Source: Tubiluchus corallicola
Taxonomy: Eukaryota > Animalia > Priapulida
NCBI GenBank assembly: GCA_030141605.1
Contig: JAQGDQ010000175.1
Location: forward strand, 372,001 to 436,000
DNA: 64,000 bases
Direction of reading: 5' to 3'
Shown here: positions 26,700 through 40,569 of the stretch, one piece after another
Layout: each line of letters begins with the position of its first letter
Numbering within the stretch: the first letter of the stretch is position 1
The notes under the pieces: generated by a model
What the model was told of the DNA's origin: nothing
Database searches by the model: none
Seen by the model: only the letters and a program-made list of their open reading frames with translations
Position numbers and translations under genes: made by a program

Positions 26700-27050
26700 T
26701 AGCAACTGTTTGTAGCGTGTTGGTAATTTTGTCATTTTTAACAACTGTTTGTAGCGTGTTGGTAATTTTTTCATTTTTAACAACTGTTTGTAGCGTGTTA
26801 GGAATTTTACTTATTCTTTAACAACTGTTTGTAACTTGTTGGTAATTTTGTCATTTTTTAAAAACTGCTTGTAGGGCGTTCGTAATTTTGGTAATTCCTT
26901 AACAACTGTTTGTAGCGTGTTGGTAATTTTTGACATTTTTAACAACTGTTTGTAGCGTGTTGGTTATTTTTGACATTTTTAATAACTGTTTGTAGCGTGT
27001 TGGTAATTTTGTTATTTTTTAGCAATTGTTTATAGCGTTTTGGTAAATTA
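26700..27050. repeat. ~39-41-bp minisatellite, ~9 copies
   Basis: AACAACTGTTTGTAGCGTGTTGGTAATTTTGTCATTTTT unit. Confidence 0.92.
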
Positions 27051-28789
27051 TTCTGCCACACAGTTTGCTGCCAAACTTTAAGATCGCTGTGTAAGTTATG
27101 TCAACGAGCTAAACAAACAGTAAGTACAGTATAACTTTCCTTACACTGATCTGGCGCACATGTGATCAGCGTATTTACATTTATCATTGGGCGAGTTACA
27201 TTCGTTCAGTGACGATCCCTTTGTAACTAATTTATAGTTTATTCAAGTTTATATACTAACTGTTATCAATTTGCTTTCATACGGGTAGTTCATAGGTTTA
27301 GTAATTATTAAAAAGATAAAAAAGTTTGCTTTGTTGGGCTTGAAATATTATAAGACAATTGTAACATGTTAATTCTGACTAAAAGCTGTACGTGTATGTA
27401 TTAGAAGCGAATAAGTCGACCAGCATTTATAAAACACAACACGTTCCAGTCTTTTCTGCTGCTGCTTTTACTCATTCAGTTTTATTATAATTTTGCTCTC
27501 GTGATTTGTTAAGATTGGCGCCGCCCAGCGTGTGTTAACGTAAGACAAACTTTTTAATCAAATTCAAGTCACCAAAGAAACGTATACCTTTAAACTGCTT
27601 TCATCTATTCACGAGTTAAGTGAAATGTTTAGTTGCTAATTTTGTTAATAATTATCTATTGTGTTGCTACCTTTGTGTTGTTCAGAGAAATATACATGAG
27701 TCGATTGATTTGAGTCCAATTGTTTGTGTTTGGAAGGTATGATTTCATAAACTTAAATGTGTGATTGCCAACATTTCCATTTTGAACTCGTTAATAACGT
27801 TGGTTTGAATCAGTCGCTTTTGGAAGACTGAATAATGAATGTTGACTGGTACACTGGTGTAATGTCGACCATCCAGTTTTTATACACTCAAATTAGGTCA
27901 TGTGACCTAGAATGACTTTTTATATAATATATAAAATATTTATATATTTAATTATTTATAAAATATCAATGCAAATAAAGGTAAATCGTTGAAAAACATA
28001 TGAATGTGGCCGTTCATTGTCCAAATTATAGCCTACATGCTGTAAATTAGTGTCTTATTGCTGGAATGATATGCCAAATTTTTGAGTCTTTCTGAGTAGT
28101 ATGGTCACGTAGTCTACATGACTAGGCGTCAGGCCTATAATCATATCTTTGTTACAAATAGCTATAGATTATTCGTGACAAGTATTCATTTACTTGGTGT
28201 TTTAGTAGTCTCACTGTTCTTGCATGGTTTGTGCTGGGTTAAGATTTCTAAATTTTGTGGGCGGAGCTTCACTCGCGCCATTTAAATTTTAGGAGAGCTG
28301 TGTAGCGACAGAGTGGTTGTTTCGGAATAGTCCATTGGTTTGTAGTTGAAAGGATCGTGTGCATGTCGGTTTGAGTGGTTCACTGTGTTCATGTTTTAGT
28401 GTGAATAAATGCCTAAAATGTCACCTGTCTTGAACCCTGGCATTTTGAATTTCTGCAAACATTGCTGTAAGATTTACTTTCAAAATAAAGATTTTCCCAA
28501 ACGCCTGGCCACTTCTGGAGATCTCCTGTTTCTACTCGATTTAGTTTTTTTCTTGTACCCAAAAACTAATTGTGGAAAAACTTTATAGTGGATCTCGATG
28601 TGCAATCATCTGACGAAAAAATAAACTCTATAAGCAGCAATGCGTTTAAATTATTTATTATTAATCATCCAAAATTTAATACCAGCAAACAAAGTGTAGG
28701 ATAATTATTATATATTGTAGCTTATGTTATTAGTTAATGGATCGTTGACAATCCAGTTGTTGCTCAACTGTCACTTTCCACTGCGTGTT

Positions 28790-28939
<150 letters not shown>

Positions 28940-29196
28940 CTAAAGTAACAGTTAAACCTATGAGTTCTGTGATTAACCTAAATATTCCATTAACATCATT
29001 TCACTTAAGTTTAACTTAAATCATATCAAGTTAGAGTTATCAGCACACGTAACCTAAACTTGAGCACGAATACAGAATTCCCTGTTACATTATAATTCAT
29101 CGTCATCATCCAATTCATGTTCATTACGGTTGTCGTAAACAATCACTTCGCAGTCTTATTTTGAAGAATTTGATCTATTTTGTATGTAAATATTAC

Positions 29197-29342
29197 CTGG
29201 CAGGCATCGACTCCACCACCGTCTTGATAAGCGCACAACATTCCATCAGTGATTGTGTACCATGGGCTGTATTGTGATTGACATTGAGAGTTGCTGATGA
29301 CTGGGTATTCTGCAGCTTGCAAGGTCGTGGTTGTGGATCCAC
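29197..29342 (-). CDS. Trypsin-like protease exon
   Basis: Phase 1-0: GGSTTTTLQAAEYPVISNSQCQSQYSPWYTITDGMLCAYQDGGGVDACQ; DACQ gives the Asp189 S1 pocket (trypsin specificity). Confidence 0.95.
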
Positions 29343-29637
29343 CTACAAAAACATAAACAAATTTCATTAAAATTTCTAAGGATATGTTAAAGGATATACG
29401 CACTGTGGTAATTTGCTGCGTAGCGCAATGGATTAGTAAGTGCTGCTTCCGTTCAAACCCAGAACAGATCTGTTAGTATTGCAGAGATTGCAGAGTTAAC
29501 CGTCACGTTTGGTAATTTTGGGGAACCACAAAAATTGACATTATATATTATAATTCATTATATTTATTTAGTGTAGTTTGTTATAACGGAAGCGAAGTTG
29601 TTCCACAGAAGCCATGTTGCTCTATAGACATTCATAC

Positions 29638-29821
29638 CTTCTGTTGTTGTTCCCCATCCAGTTACGACGCTGTTAGCACCAGTGTAGGTACCAGAAGTGG
29701 CCAGTGCTACCGAAGACTGAGTGTTGAGGCTTAGATCAAGATTTGACGACAAATGCAAGATGGCGACGTCGTTATCGATGGTTGCGGAATTGTAATTCTC
29801 ATGCATTCTGATAGCTCTTAC
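29638..29821 (-). CDS. Trypsin-like protease exon (catalytic Asp)
   Basis: Phase 0-1: VRAIRMHENYNSATIDNDVAILHLSS...SVVTGWGTTTE. Confidence 0.95.
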
Positions 29822-30490
29822 CTGAAAAAACAATAGAACACCATCACAAGAAGAATTTCCGATTCAATGACTCGACATTTGTATTAATGGATGCATGAAT
29901 AGACTGATGGGCGGACGAACGAATGTTGAACAAAATTGCTCTATCTCTAGTCAGCTTAACATTTAATTGCAAATGAAAAGTGACAACTGGTTGAAAATTC
30001 GGCAAAGCATAATACTGCACAACAAGCCATTTGATTCCAGCAAACCGGAACACTTAATATTTCTCATCGTCAAGAATGAGTATTATATTTTTGAGTTACA
30101 GTTGATCACTTGGACTGCATTTTGGGATCAAGTACTCAATGTAGGGGATGATGTTTTATGTAAATAATTGTAAACAGATCAGAGACTAATTAATTATCGA
30201 ATGACAGATTTGAGGTCATGCCTCCCCCTCCCTTGACTAGTTTGTGGAAGATGAAACTGCTGACAGACGTTTATTGTCCAGTCGTTGATATCGTTTAACT
30301 TCAGCCTTTAGTTACAAAGTGACAATGGGTGTGCGAAATACCATGTTGTCAAAAAGTAGATTGGAAGTGGCTTGCAGAGCAATTATTTCGACCTTGTTTG
30401 ATCAGAAAACAAAGCTTATAGACCTACACATCTGATGTAAAATATAAACAACTACTAAAATAACATCCTTGCAGTAAAAGAGAAACTTAC

Positions 30491-30566
30491 CCCTGTTACT
30501 GTTCCTCCCGAAAGTCTGTTGGTACTTCCAGATCGAATTGTGAACCTATCTGGGGCACCAGTCCAC
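30491..30566 (-). CDS. Trypsin-like protease exon (most 5' exon found)
   Basis: aaatag acceptor, gtaagt donor, phase 2-0: WTGAPDRFTIRSGSTNRLSGGTVTG, typical of the segment after TAAHC. Confidence 0.88.
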
Positions 30567-30797
30567 CTATTTGAAAGTAAAACACAATCTTGAAAGCTTG
30601 CGTTTTTTGGCTGTTTCTTTGGCTTATGTTGCTTGAATAGTATTTTGTTGCAAGGTTCTTTTGTGATTCTTGTATATACAGAACTCGTATATTTTCATGT
30701 AGTTAAGTTTCCACGTGTTTCAAAACCACAACCTGATGTTTTTTTTTTGGATCAACGAAACAATAATGATAACTCAAAGAACGAAAAAGATTTGCTT

Positions 30798-31008
30798 AAC
30801 ACAATAATGCTAACTTGAAAAACAAGAAAATACTTGTTTAGAACATTAACGTTAACTTGAAAAACAAAAAATACTTGCTCAGAACAACAATGCTAACTTG
30901 AAAAACAAGAAAATACTTGCTCAGAACAATAATGCTAACTTGAAGAACAAGAAAATACTTGCTTAGAACAATAATGCTAATCTGAAGAACAACAAAATAC
31001 TTGCTCAG
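30798..31008. repeat. ~42-bp tandem repeat x5 abutting the inverted-repeat arm
   Basis: AACAATAATGCTAACTTGAAAAACAAGAAAATACTTGCTCAG unit. Confidence 0.88.
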
Positions 31009-33919
31009 ATATAATCCCGAACATTTAATCAAATAAGATACGTAAGGGTGCAGGTTGCATTTTCAAATAACTTATGCATTTTTCTTCATCCATTACAACT
31101 TGTTGCAATTCGCCTTGGTGTTCATTTAACTACCTCAGACCCACAGCAAAATTAATTATTCTTTCTTTTAGAAAGTTTCTTGTTCAGAATTTCTTGCTAA
31201 AACTTTGCGCATTTATGAGGCGTTGCACGGAATGAGTTCGGACCCCGTGGAACACTTTTGCGGACGTAAAGCGTGCAGACACAAAAGTCTGTGTCTGTGC
31301 ATGTCTGCGCGTGCGCAGTGGAAACGCGGTAACATACTGGTAAAGAAAAATTTTAATGAATTTTTAAGTGCTGTTCGCCAGGAAACTCGCTGCATACCAA
31401 CTTCAATGTTCCTTAATTTATTCTCTGACAATTTTGTGTTCTCGAACACTCTTTTTAAAGTTTGTTTACCACCCTGATCCAAATTTTCCCCACTTTCTCC
31501 TAGGCAATATCATATGGAAATCTAATAAGCTGATATTTTTACACAAAACTGCAACATTTTTGTACAAATGTGGAGAGCTTGTCAGAACAAGAACCTCAGA
31601 AACTCAATTGATTTCAGGTCCCTTATTATGCGTTCATTGTTTTTCAGTTGTCATCCCTAATCAGTTGCAAAGTAAGTGAGTAAGCAATTTACTGTCATTT
31701 TATTATAGCACATAAAATTATAATGAAATTTAGTATATAAAATGTAACTCAGTGAAGTTTATGTTTTTCTCAGTGTCCTCCGACTTCGTATTTTTTTGCA
31801 ATCGACGTTGGTGTCTCTCTAATTCCTGTAATTTGGAATCGGCATTTCCAAACGCAATCTACGGCTGTACTCTTATGCTTGAGTTTTTTTTACTTGTTAT
31901 GTGCATAATCTTCTGTCATGTATCCACATACCCAAGTCTCAAGTTGTCAGAAAGCCAGGTTACCTTTGCCAAAACGCTGTTGCTTTTCATATCCAAGTTT
32001 AATATATAACTAATAACATTTTTTTCGGTTTATTGACTCATTTATTGCTTAAATAAATTAGTGAATTCTGTAAGGTAGTTTACTTCCCCTAGCTTATTAA
32101 CATACTCCACTGTTCCTTCGTCAGGTATACGTGAAATAAATGAGTTGCACAAAGTGCAAATAAACAAATTACATAATACAACTAAAATATTACGATGATG
32201 TCAGACATACTTTGTTTATTATACATTAATTACATTTCAAGTTCAACATATATAGTTTTACTTCGCTTCGGGAAGATAGACTTATCCCGTATTTTTGCAC
32301 TGAAAGTCAATATTCTGAACAGAACAGCTAATTACATCATGTGATGCAGTTGTAAATGCCTGCAAATATAGGTCTTAAGAACTAAAGTACTTTATTAAAT
32401 AAGTATATTTGCAAAGAAAGAATTTGTTTTACACTGACGAATGAAAATTGAATATCACAAAATTATTCCACAAATAGGCCTACATATAAACACTGCAACT
32501 TTGACAGGGTAATTTTTCAATTAGCTTTCATCAATATCCTCTATTTCACATCTACATACTCATTATTTATTAGCCAATGTTCTTATCCAGTTATAATAGG
32601 TAAATTACGGTATTTTACCATACGAATGTACACATTCTACTAACATTCTCTCTTTACGGGCTCTGTCAGGTGATTGCTCCATAACACTTTGAAATAAATA
32701 AACATATACCTTTAAGTGAAATACTTAGCAAACATCGTATAATCCGATAAGCTAACGCTTTTGCTGTAAATAGTGCAATTAGAAGTTTCACTGTTGTGCC
32801 TGATTCACTTGTTACACAATATTCGTCTTTGCAGGTAAAAACAGCCAATGGATCTGTTAAGGTGCTTAAGCTTTGTAATGATCACATTTTTGTGTCAAGA
32901 TCATTTTTAGATTTTGTGCGTTTTCAGTAAATTTACTGAGTGCTTTATGCTGTTATGTTCAGTAAAATCAATGAAGCGTTTTTCATGGGGCTGGCGTACC
33001 GGCGAATTTTTTTCCAGCAGTTAAATTATTAGCCTACTTAAACAGAAACAGCCAACAATTTCAAATAGTAATGAAATATACAACCAGAATATGTTATTTA
33101 TGCAAATACAGGATATAAACTTCTTGTGCATTAAAGATATTAAAATTTGTAAAAAAAATTGTATAAAATTCCACGTAGCAGCAATCCACAGCTTAGCTGG
33201 AACAATAGGTTGCCATGGTGTTTGTGACACGAAGCTGCTATGTTCATTGTCTTACTGTAGCTTCTAACATCACACAGCCGGAATGGGAATCGCTAAAGTT
33301 GGCGTTGCTATGGTGACAGCAATTTTTTTGTCTGCCATCTGGGGACGTGTAAATAAACAATGCAAGTGTGTAATTGCAGTACTTGCAGTCGTATGAAACT
33401 AAATTACTTATATTATTACGCAATTTTAAACTACAAGTGTTTTCAGGTAGACATGCACTAGTACAGCTGTTCTGCTTACACAATCCAAGCACAAAAACAC
33501 TATAAAAATGTTGCACTATAATTAGTATATAATGTCATATATATAAATATATATATAGCAATCAGTCAAACTGCAAGTTTTGTCAAATTTCTTTCATAAA
33601 GGCGTTAATTGATTACTTTTACCTATCAGTTGTTACTCAAACTGCAGACTGTTTAAATTGCAGTAAATTTCAGTTTTTTTAAATTAGTTTCTGTTAAATT
33701 TCAGGGAATAGCCCATTCATTTTGTGCCGCTTGTCTGCATATTTTAAACGGCATGTAAAATCCTTAAGTTCGCCTGTTCAATTAACTAGTTTAAATGAGT
33801 TTGATGTTGCTTACGTTTGAAACATATTCTGAGATTTCACACATTGTGAGCCTACCTTTCAAGGTCTCTTTAATTATTTATTTATTTCTGTACCTATATC
33901 ACGCACTATATATACATAT

Positions 33920-33968
<49 letters not shown>

Positions 33969-34156
33969 CATAACTTTTTGCTTGCAATATGATATATATA
34001 TATATTATATCGCAAGCAAAAAGTTGCAATAAACTAAACCACTAAGCCTATAGATGCATTTATTCGCTTTCTCTTAAATATTGGCCACTTCTCAATTCAA
34101 TTTAGGTTGGTTTTCCTCTATTGACTAACACCTTCATTAATAATCTTAAGCATTAC

Positions 34157-34419
34157 TTAGTCATTTATCTTGTAATACACCCAATTGTCATGCACCAAAG
34201 ACCCATCTTCGCTGTCAAATGCGTTGGTTTCACACTCATTAGTTTCAGTGTTATAACTAAACCCTTGACATAAACGTTGTTGCATACATTTAACTTGACA
34301 ACTTAATTTTGAATGCCGTCCTGCTGTGCGTTTGCCTACTGCAGGAGAGTGTGTACTTGATATTACTCCAGCAGTCTGTGAAATCACCCGGGTGAGTTTA
34401 AATTCACCTTGTAAAACGC
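34157..34419 (-). CDS. PAN/apple terminal exon, left-arm copy
   Basis: Intact acceptor and ORF: ...SKLSCQVKCMQQRLCQGFSYNTETNECETNAFDSEDGSLVHDNWVYYKIND*; expression unknown. Confidence 0.72.
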
Positions 34420-34851
34420 CTGAAAGATAAAATATGATTAACATAATTCGTTATAGATTCGCAAAATGGAGTCAAATGTCATAGATAAGCCTTGCCAGTT
34501 GCAGAGATTAATACTAGACTGACATGTTGACCTCTCATTTACTGTCTTCAGTTCCATAATCAGAGAGCTGGAGTTTCTTAACTTTACAGGGATGTGTTCT
34601 GTAACGACAGTTATTTTTTCCCACTAAAATAACTTCCTTTTCTAAAATAGGTTTTGTAATTATTTTATTATTGTTACTTTCAACATGTACTGTATTATAC
34701 TCTTGTATGGTTATAAGTTACCGAAATTAACTTAATTAACAGAGAAACCTTCTTTACAAAGTGCTTTCGTTTCCTTCAAAGTCAAAAATTGCTGAGCTAG
34801 GAAATCTTCCCCATTTATACTACTTATTAATTCAAATTTTCTTGTACTCAC

Positions 34852-34977
34852 GTTCACATGTAATGCCATCTCCAAAATAGTGCTCATCACATTCACAAGT
34901 AAAACTGCCAGGTGTGTTATGACAAAGGCCAACGACTGATGCACAATTATGTCTGTTATCGGTGCACTCGTTTTGAT
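34852..34977 (-). CDS. Ca-binding EGF exon, left-arm copy
   Basis: 126 nt phase 1-1: DQNECTDNRHNCASVVGLCHNTPGSFTCECDEHYFGDGITCE. Confidence 0.72.
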
Positions 34978-35710
34978 CTGTGATTAAATAAAAATAATGC
35001 AATATATGAACAAATTGAGAAATAATGTCTCTTCCAAGTCTCAGTAAAAGAGAAAAATGATACCTTGCGTAAAGAAATAAATGCTTTTGTTGATCATCGA
35101 ATTATTTAGTGAGAAATTTCTAACTTTATGAAGATATGCTCACCAAGGCTACAATTATGAATGCGGCTGTGATACATCAAATTCGTTTATGGATGTGTGT
35201 AAAGGAGGCTGTACTGCTTATGCCTTTAGATTACAAAGCAAAAACAAATCGCTCCTGATGCAAAGGCTTTACTTAAACCGACTGTACCATTTTTACAGAA
35301 GCAAGTAAAACAGTCCAGTTGTGTTGGCACATTCACCAAAGTTTGGATCACAATTATGAATACAATTTGATACCACATTCATTTATATCTGCAAGTAAAA
35401 GCTCTGGCATTATGTGCCTTTTGCTTAAAAAAGTGCCATCTACTTGAAACATGAAAGGTATTTCGCTTACCTAAGCAAATTACTCCTCGAGCAGTGGCTT
35501 CACTCAGATCGATTGTCTCGTTTTTACAAAGGCAAGTCAAGCTACAAACTGTATTCATACATTTGCCAAAGATTTGATCTCAATTATGCATACAATTTGA
35601 TGCATTAAATTCGTTTATGTCAGTAAGTAAATGGTCTTTCATTATTCTGCTTATAAATTATAAAATTGCCATCCACATTCCACATGAAACATGACTGAAG
35701 GTTCACTTAC

Positions 35711-35860
35711 CTGAACAAATAGTTCCTGGAGAAACGGCTTTACTAAAATCAATTGTTCCACTTTTGCAAAAGCAGGTAAAACTACCAGCTGTGTTGACAC
35801 ATTCACCAAAGATGGGATCACAATTATGCATAGGATTCGATACATTACATTCATTTATGT
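35711..35860 (-). CDS. Ca-binding EGF exon, left-arm copy (no upstream exon found on this strand)
   Basis: 150 nt phase 1-1: DINECNVSNPMHNCDPIFGECVNTAGSFTCFCKSGTIDFSKAVSPGTICS. Confidence 0.7.
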
Positions 35861-36371
35861 CTGCAACTATATAGCTCTCTACTATTTATGCCATTTGTTT
35901 ATAAAACTGCCAGCTATTTTTAATATGCACAAAAGTTCGTGTATCTAAACACTTGAATTCTGAAATCTAGTCCACAGGAACCAAATTTTGGAAAATACAT
36001 TTCTGGAGTTACTTGGATTTCCCGAGAAAAACAAAGAATAGAGAAATGAAAGATTAAAACGAGCAGCACGTTGAACAAACTGGGACAGCAAAATTGAATA
36101 GTTTGGCATTGAAAAATATCGCCGTTTTCCACTAAGAAATTATATAAAAATTGTAAGACATTGTCATCGTTGTTGCGACACCCACTTGTTTTGCACAAAC
36201 AAGTCTCAGTGTAGGGTACTTACTCGTTATTGACCAATGTAGAATAATCATAATCATGATCTTTTCTTATTTTTTTGCACAACACAATAAACAATACAGT
36301 TATAATACAATTAATTTGAAAAAAAATTGTGAAGAAAGGGCAGCGAAAGACCAGTTGGTCATTTAGTCGGC

Positions 36372-36885
36372 TGCAATACTTGCACACTATTGATTAATGT
36401 AGAATACTTGCACATTATTTACCAATGTAGGGTGCTTGCATATTCTTGACCAGTGTAGGATACTTGTACTTTATTGATCAATGTAGGATACTTGTACATT
36501 ATTGACCAATTTTGGGTGCTGGCACATTATTGATTAATGTAGGATACTTGTACATTATTGGCTAATGTAGACTAACGTAGGATACTGGTACATTATTGAT
36601 TAATGTAGGATAGTTGTACATTATTGTGTGACTAACGTAGGATACTGGTACATTATTGATTAATGTAGGATAGTTGTACATTATTGGCTAATGTAGGGTG
36701 GTTGTACATTATTGACTAACGTAGGATACTGGTACATTATTGACTAACGTAGGATACTGGTACATTATTGACTAACGTAGGACAGTGATACATTATTGAC
36801 TAACGTAGGATACTGGTACATTATTGACTAACGTAGGATAGTGGTACATTATTGACTAACGTAGGATACTGGTACATTATTGACC
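36372..36885. repeat. 28-bp minisatellite in the spacer
   Basis: CATTATTGACTAACGTAGGATACTGGTA unit, homogeneous on the right and degenerate on the left. Confidence 0.93.
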
Positions 36886-37871
36886 ATTAGCAAGTTAGTT
36901 TCACGCCATTACTCTTGATATCAGAACAGATTTACATATATACAAACATTTTTTGTTAACTTCCCTAGCAGCGTATTATTGTTCAATATTAGAAAAAATT
37001 AACTATCGTGGCAATATTGTATAAAATGTAACACGCTATTTTGCAGTATAACACTAACCGGGTACACTTTTACTGCACAGCCCTTATGTAAGCAGCGGTA
37101 TAACAGATTTGAAAGGCTCTCTTTATAACACTGTAAAAACTGTTCATTTTCTCTTTGCTTCTGCGACATTGCAGTGTAATATGGAAGTTTTGGTACAATG
37201 TTTGCAGCGAATTCCTGTTTTTGAAATATCCTGGTGACATGTAACAATAATACAGATGAGCTATTTGGTAAAAAAAGTTGTCTAGAGAAAGCAGCTTAGC
37301 ATCTGTACAAAAGTTGCAGTAATTGAAACATATTTACTTTGATCTGTATTTAGACAGCAGTGTTCAGTTTAGCATGAATCTACTATCAGAAACTTCATAG
37401 GCAGCCTTTACGTGGCATGTACGTTTTACGTAATAATATGCTAGGATATAACTGTTTATTATATCTGTGTGCATGGGACTGCGTAAACGGACCTGGACGA
37501 CACCCAGAAGTACAAAAGAAATATTATCATATCGTAAAGCAACTTCACTGAATAATTAGTGTACCATCTAACAGCACACCGTCATTGTGTGAGCTCTCCC
37601 TCCTTTCCTTGCGTTCTGCATATTTCAAGACCTTAATGATTTTTTTTGGCAGACTTTATGTAAAGTGGTGTTGATATTCAATCCACAGCTGTGATCCGAA
37701 TTTTGGAATACGTTAATACAGCCGTTAGTTTTACATGCTTCTCTATCAATAAAAAGAACAATATTGATGTAGTTGGATCCACTGGTCTAGGAATTAGTTG
37801 TTTATAGATGATTTTTTACACATTAAAATAGATTGTGTTTTGTAGTATAAAGACAGAGTATTTATTTGCAG

Positions 37872-38021
37872 ACATAAACGAATGCCATGCATCCAACCCT
37901 ATGCATACTTGTGATCCCATCTTGGGTGAATGTATCAACACAGCTGGTAGCTTTACCTGCAGTTGTAAAAGTGGAACAATTGATTTAAGTGAAGCCGTTG
38001 CTCCAGGAACTATTTGTTCAG
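37872..38021 (+). CDS. Ca-binding EGF exon 1 of EGF-PAN gene
   Basis: ttgcag/gtaagt, 150 nt phase 1-1: DINECHASNPMHTCDPILGECINTAGSFTCSCKSGTIDLSEAVAPGTICS. Confidence 0.88.
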
Positions 38022-38111
38022 GTAAGTGAACCTTCAGTCATGTTTCATGTGGAATGTGGATGGCAATTTTATAATTTATAAGCAGAATAATGAAAGACCA
38101 TTTACTTACTG

Positions 38112-38261
38112 ACATAAACGAATGTAATGAATCAAATTGTATGCATAATTGAGATTAAATCTCTGGTAAATGCATCAATACAGCTGGTAGCTTCACCTGC
38201 TTCTGCAAAAATGGAACAACTGATCTTTGTGACGTCACTGCTCCAAGAACTCGTTGTTCAT
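38112..38261 (+). pseudogene. Decayed EGF pseudo-exon (others at ~38598, ~39034, ~39440, ~39927, ~40159, ~40355)
   Basis: INEC..HN*D*..CINTAGSFTCFCKNG with acceptor changed to ctg and in-frame stops. Confidence 0.8.
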
Positions 38262-38793
38262 GTAGTTTAAATGTTGCTCACCTTAATATGGATGAAAGTT
38301 TTGTAATCTAACGTATTAATAATAATGATAATGATAACGATAAAGGTAAGGATAATAATAACATAATAAGATATAAGCATTTCATTAAGTACATAAATTA
38401 CATTGCTAGAAAAGTGAAATTGAAGTTACATGATTATAATGAGCTCCCCCTAATTATTACATAATTTTAAATAAGTCTGTGCGATGCTATATCAAATGTA
38501 GGAAGGATAATGTATAACACTAATAAAGAAGTTCTTCCCTTATCACACTTGTTGAACGGGCAAAGCTCTAAAACAAAACAGAACCATTTACTTTCAGACA
38601 TAAGTGATTGTAATGTATCTATTCTGATGCATAATTGTCATTCCAAGTTTGGTAAAATAATGCATCAGTGCAGTTGGTACATTTCTCGTACTTTTACTTG
38701 CCTGTTAGCAATGTTTAAAAACAGACCAATTCGTTTAAGTGGATCTGCTGTTTTAAATCTAAGTGAATAAATAGGTGAAATGTTTACTTGCAG

Positions 38794-38943
38794 ATGTGAA
38801 CGAATGCAATGCATCCAACCCTATGCATAATTGTGATCCCATCTTGGGTGAATGTGTCAACACAGCTGGTAGCTTTACCTGCCTTTGCAAAAATGGAACA
38901 ATTGATTTAAGTGAAGCCAGAACTCCAGGAACTATTTGTTCAG
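38794..38943 (+). CDS. Ca-binding EGF exon 2
   Basis: 150 nt phase 1-1: DVNECNASNPMHNCDPILGECVNTAGSFTCLCKNGTIDLSEARTPGTICS. Confidence 0.88.
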
Positions 38944-39210
38944 GTAAGTGAACCTTCAGTGATGTTTCATGTGGAATGTGGATGGCAATTTTATAATTTA
39001 TAAGCAGAATAATGAAAGACCATTTACTTACTGACATAAATTAATGTAATGCATCAAATTGAATGCATAATTGCAATCCGAACTTTGATCAACGTATAAA
39101 TACAGTAGTAGCTTGACGTGCCTTTGTAATGTGAACCTTCACTCAATTTTCAAGTAGGTGGCAGTTTTATAATCTGTAAAAGGAGATATTGCCAGACCTT
39201 TTACTTTCAG

Positions 39211-39360
39211 ATATAAATGAATGTGATGTATCCAATCTTATGCATAATTGTGATCCAAACTTTGGCGAATGTACCAATACAGCTGGTAGCTTTACCTGCT
39301 TGTGCAAAAATGGAACAATTGATTTAAGTGAAGCCAGAACTCCAGGAACTATTTGTTCAG
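39211..39360 (+). CDS. Ca-binding EGF exon 3
   Basis: 150 nt phase 1-1: DINECDVSNLMHNCDPNFGECTNTAGSFTCLCKNGTIDLSEARTPGTICS. Confidence 0.88.
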
Positions 39361-39686
39361 GTAAATAATTTTTCCTGCATTTCAATTAGACGTTAGTTTT
39401 ACAATCTAAAGCAAAAAATAACACAGAGCAGTTTGCTTGAATGAATGATTGAATGTGACATATCAAATTCTATGAGCAATTGTAATCCCAAGCTTTGTGA
39501 ATGTTTGAACATGGTTGGTAGATTTTTCTGCCTATACAAAACTTTTTAACAGTGGAAATGTTCATCTAATTGGGTCCACTGTTCCAGAATTCAGTGGTTT
39601 AGATACACGAACTTTTGTGCATATTAAAAATAGCTGGCAGTTTTATAAACAAATGGCATAAATAGTAGAGAGCTATATAGTTGCAG

Positions 39687-39836
39687 ACATAAATGAATGT
39701 AATGTATCGAATCCTATGCATAATTGTGATCCCATCTTTGGTGAATGTGTCAACACAGCTGGTAGTTTTACCTGCTTTTGCAAAAGTGGAACAATTGATT
39801 TTAGTAAAGCCGTTGCTCCAGGAACTATTTGTTCAG
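39687..39836 (+). CDS. Ca-binding EGF exon 4
   Basis: 150 nt phase 1-1: DINECNVSNPMHNCDPIFGECVNTAGSFTCFCKSGTIDFSKAVAPGTICS. Confidence 0.88.
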
Positions 39837-40569
39837 GTAAGTGAACCTTCAGTCATGTTTCATGTGGAATGTGGATGGCAATTTTATAATTTATAAGCAG
39901 AATAATGAAAGACCATTTACTTACTGACATAAACGAATTTAATGCATCAAATTGTATGCATAATTGAGATCAAATCTTTGGCAAATGTATGAATACAGTT
40001 TGTAGCTTGACTTGCCTTTGTAAAAACGAGACAATCGATCTGAGCGAAGCCACTGCTCGAGGAGTAATTTGCTTAGGTAAGCGAAATACCTTTCATGTTT
40101 CAAGTAGATGGCACTTTTTTAATCAAAAGGCACATAATGCCAGAGCTTTTACTTGCAGATATAAATGAATGTGGTATCAAATTGTATTCATAATTGTGAT
40201 CCAAGCTTTGGTGAATGTGCCAACACAACTGGACTGTTTTACTTGCTTCTGTAAAAATGGTACAGTCGGTTTAAGTAAAGCCTTTGCATCAGGAGCGATT
40301 TGTTTTTGCTTTGTAATCTAAAGGCATAAGCAGTACAGCCTCCTTTACACACATCCATAAACGAATTTGATGTATCACAGCCGCATGCATAATTGTAGCC
40401 TTGGTGAGCATATCTTCATAAAGTTAGAAATTTCTCACTAAATAATTTGATGATCAACAAAAGCATTTATTTCTTTACGCAAGGTATAATTTTTCTCTTT
40501 TACTGAGAGTTGGAAAAGACATTATTTCTCAATTTGTTCATATATTGCATTATTTTTATTTAATCACAG

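Larger units (their letters stand above)
31009..35962 (-). repeat. Left arm of large inverted segmental duplication
   Basis: Reverse complement of ~39585-44465 along its length; paired ORFs in the track (34157/41103, 34732/40603, 35651/39693, 32666/42641). Confidence 0.97.

Noticed and set aside
30566-34852. EGF-trypsin fusion by splicing left-arm EGF exons into the protease
   Set aside because: The EGF donor is phase 1, the protease acceptor is phase 2, and the catalytic His would still be missing
37040-37600. First/signal exon of the EGF gene inside the spacer
   Set aside because: Coding-like stretches (e.g. MLGYNCLLYLCAWDC..) lack a good phase-1 donor and contain stops; may be decayed exons
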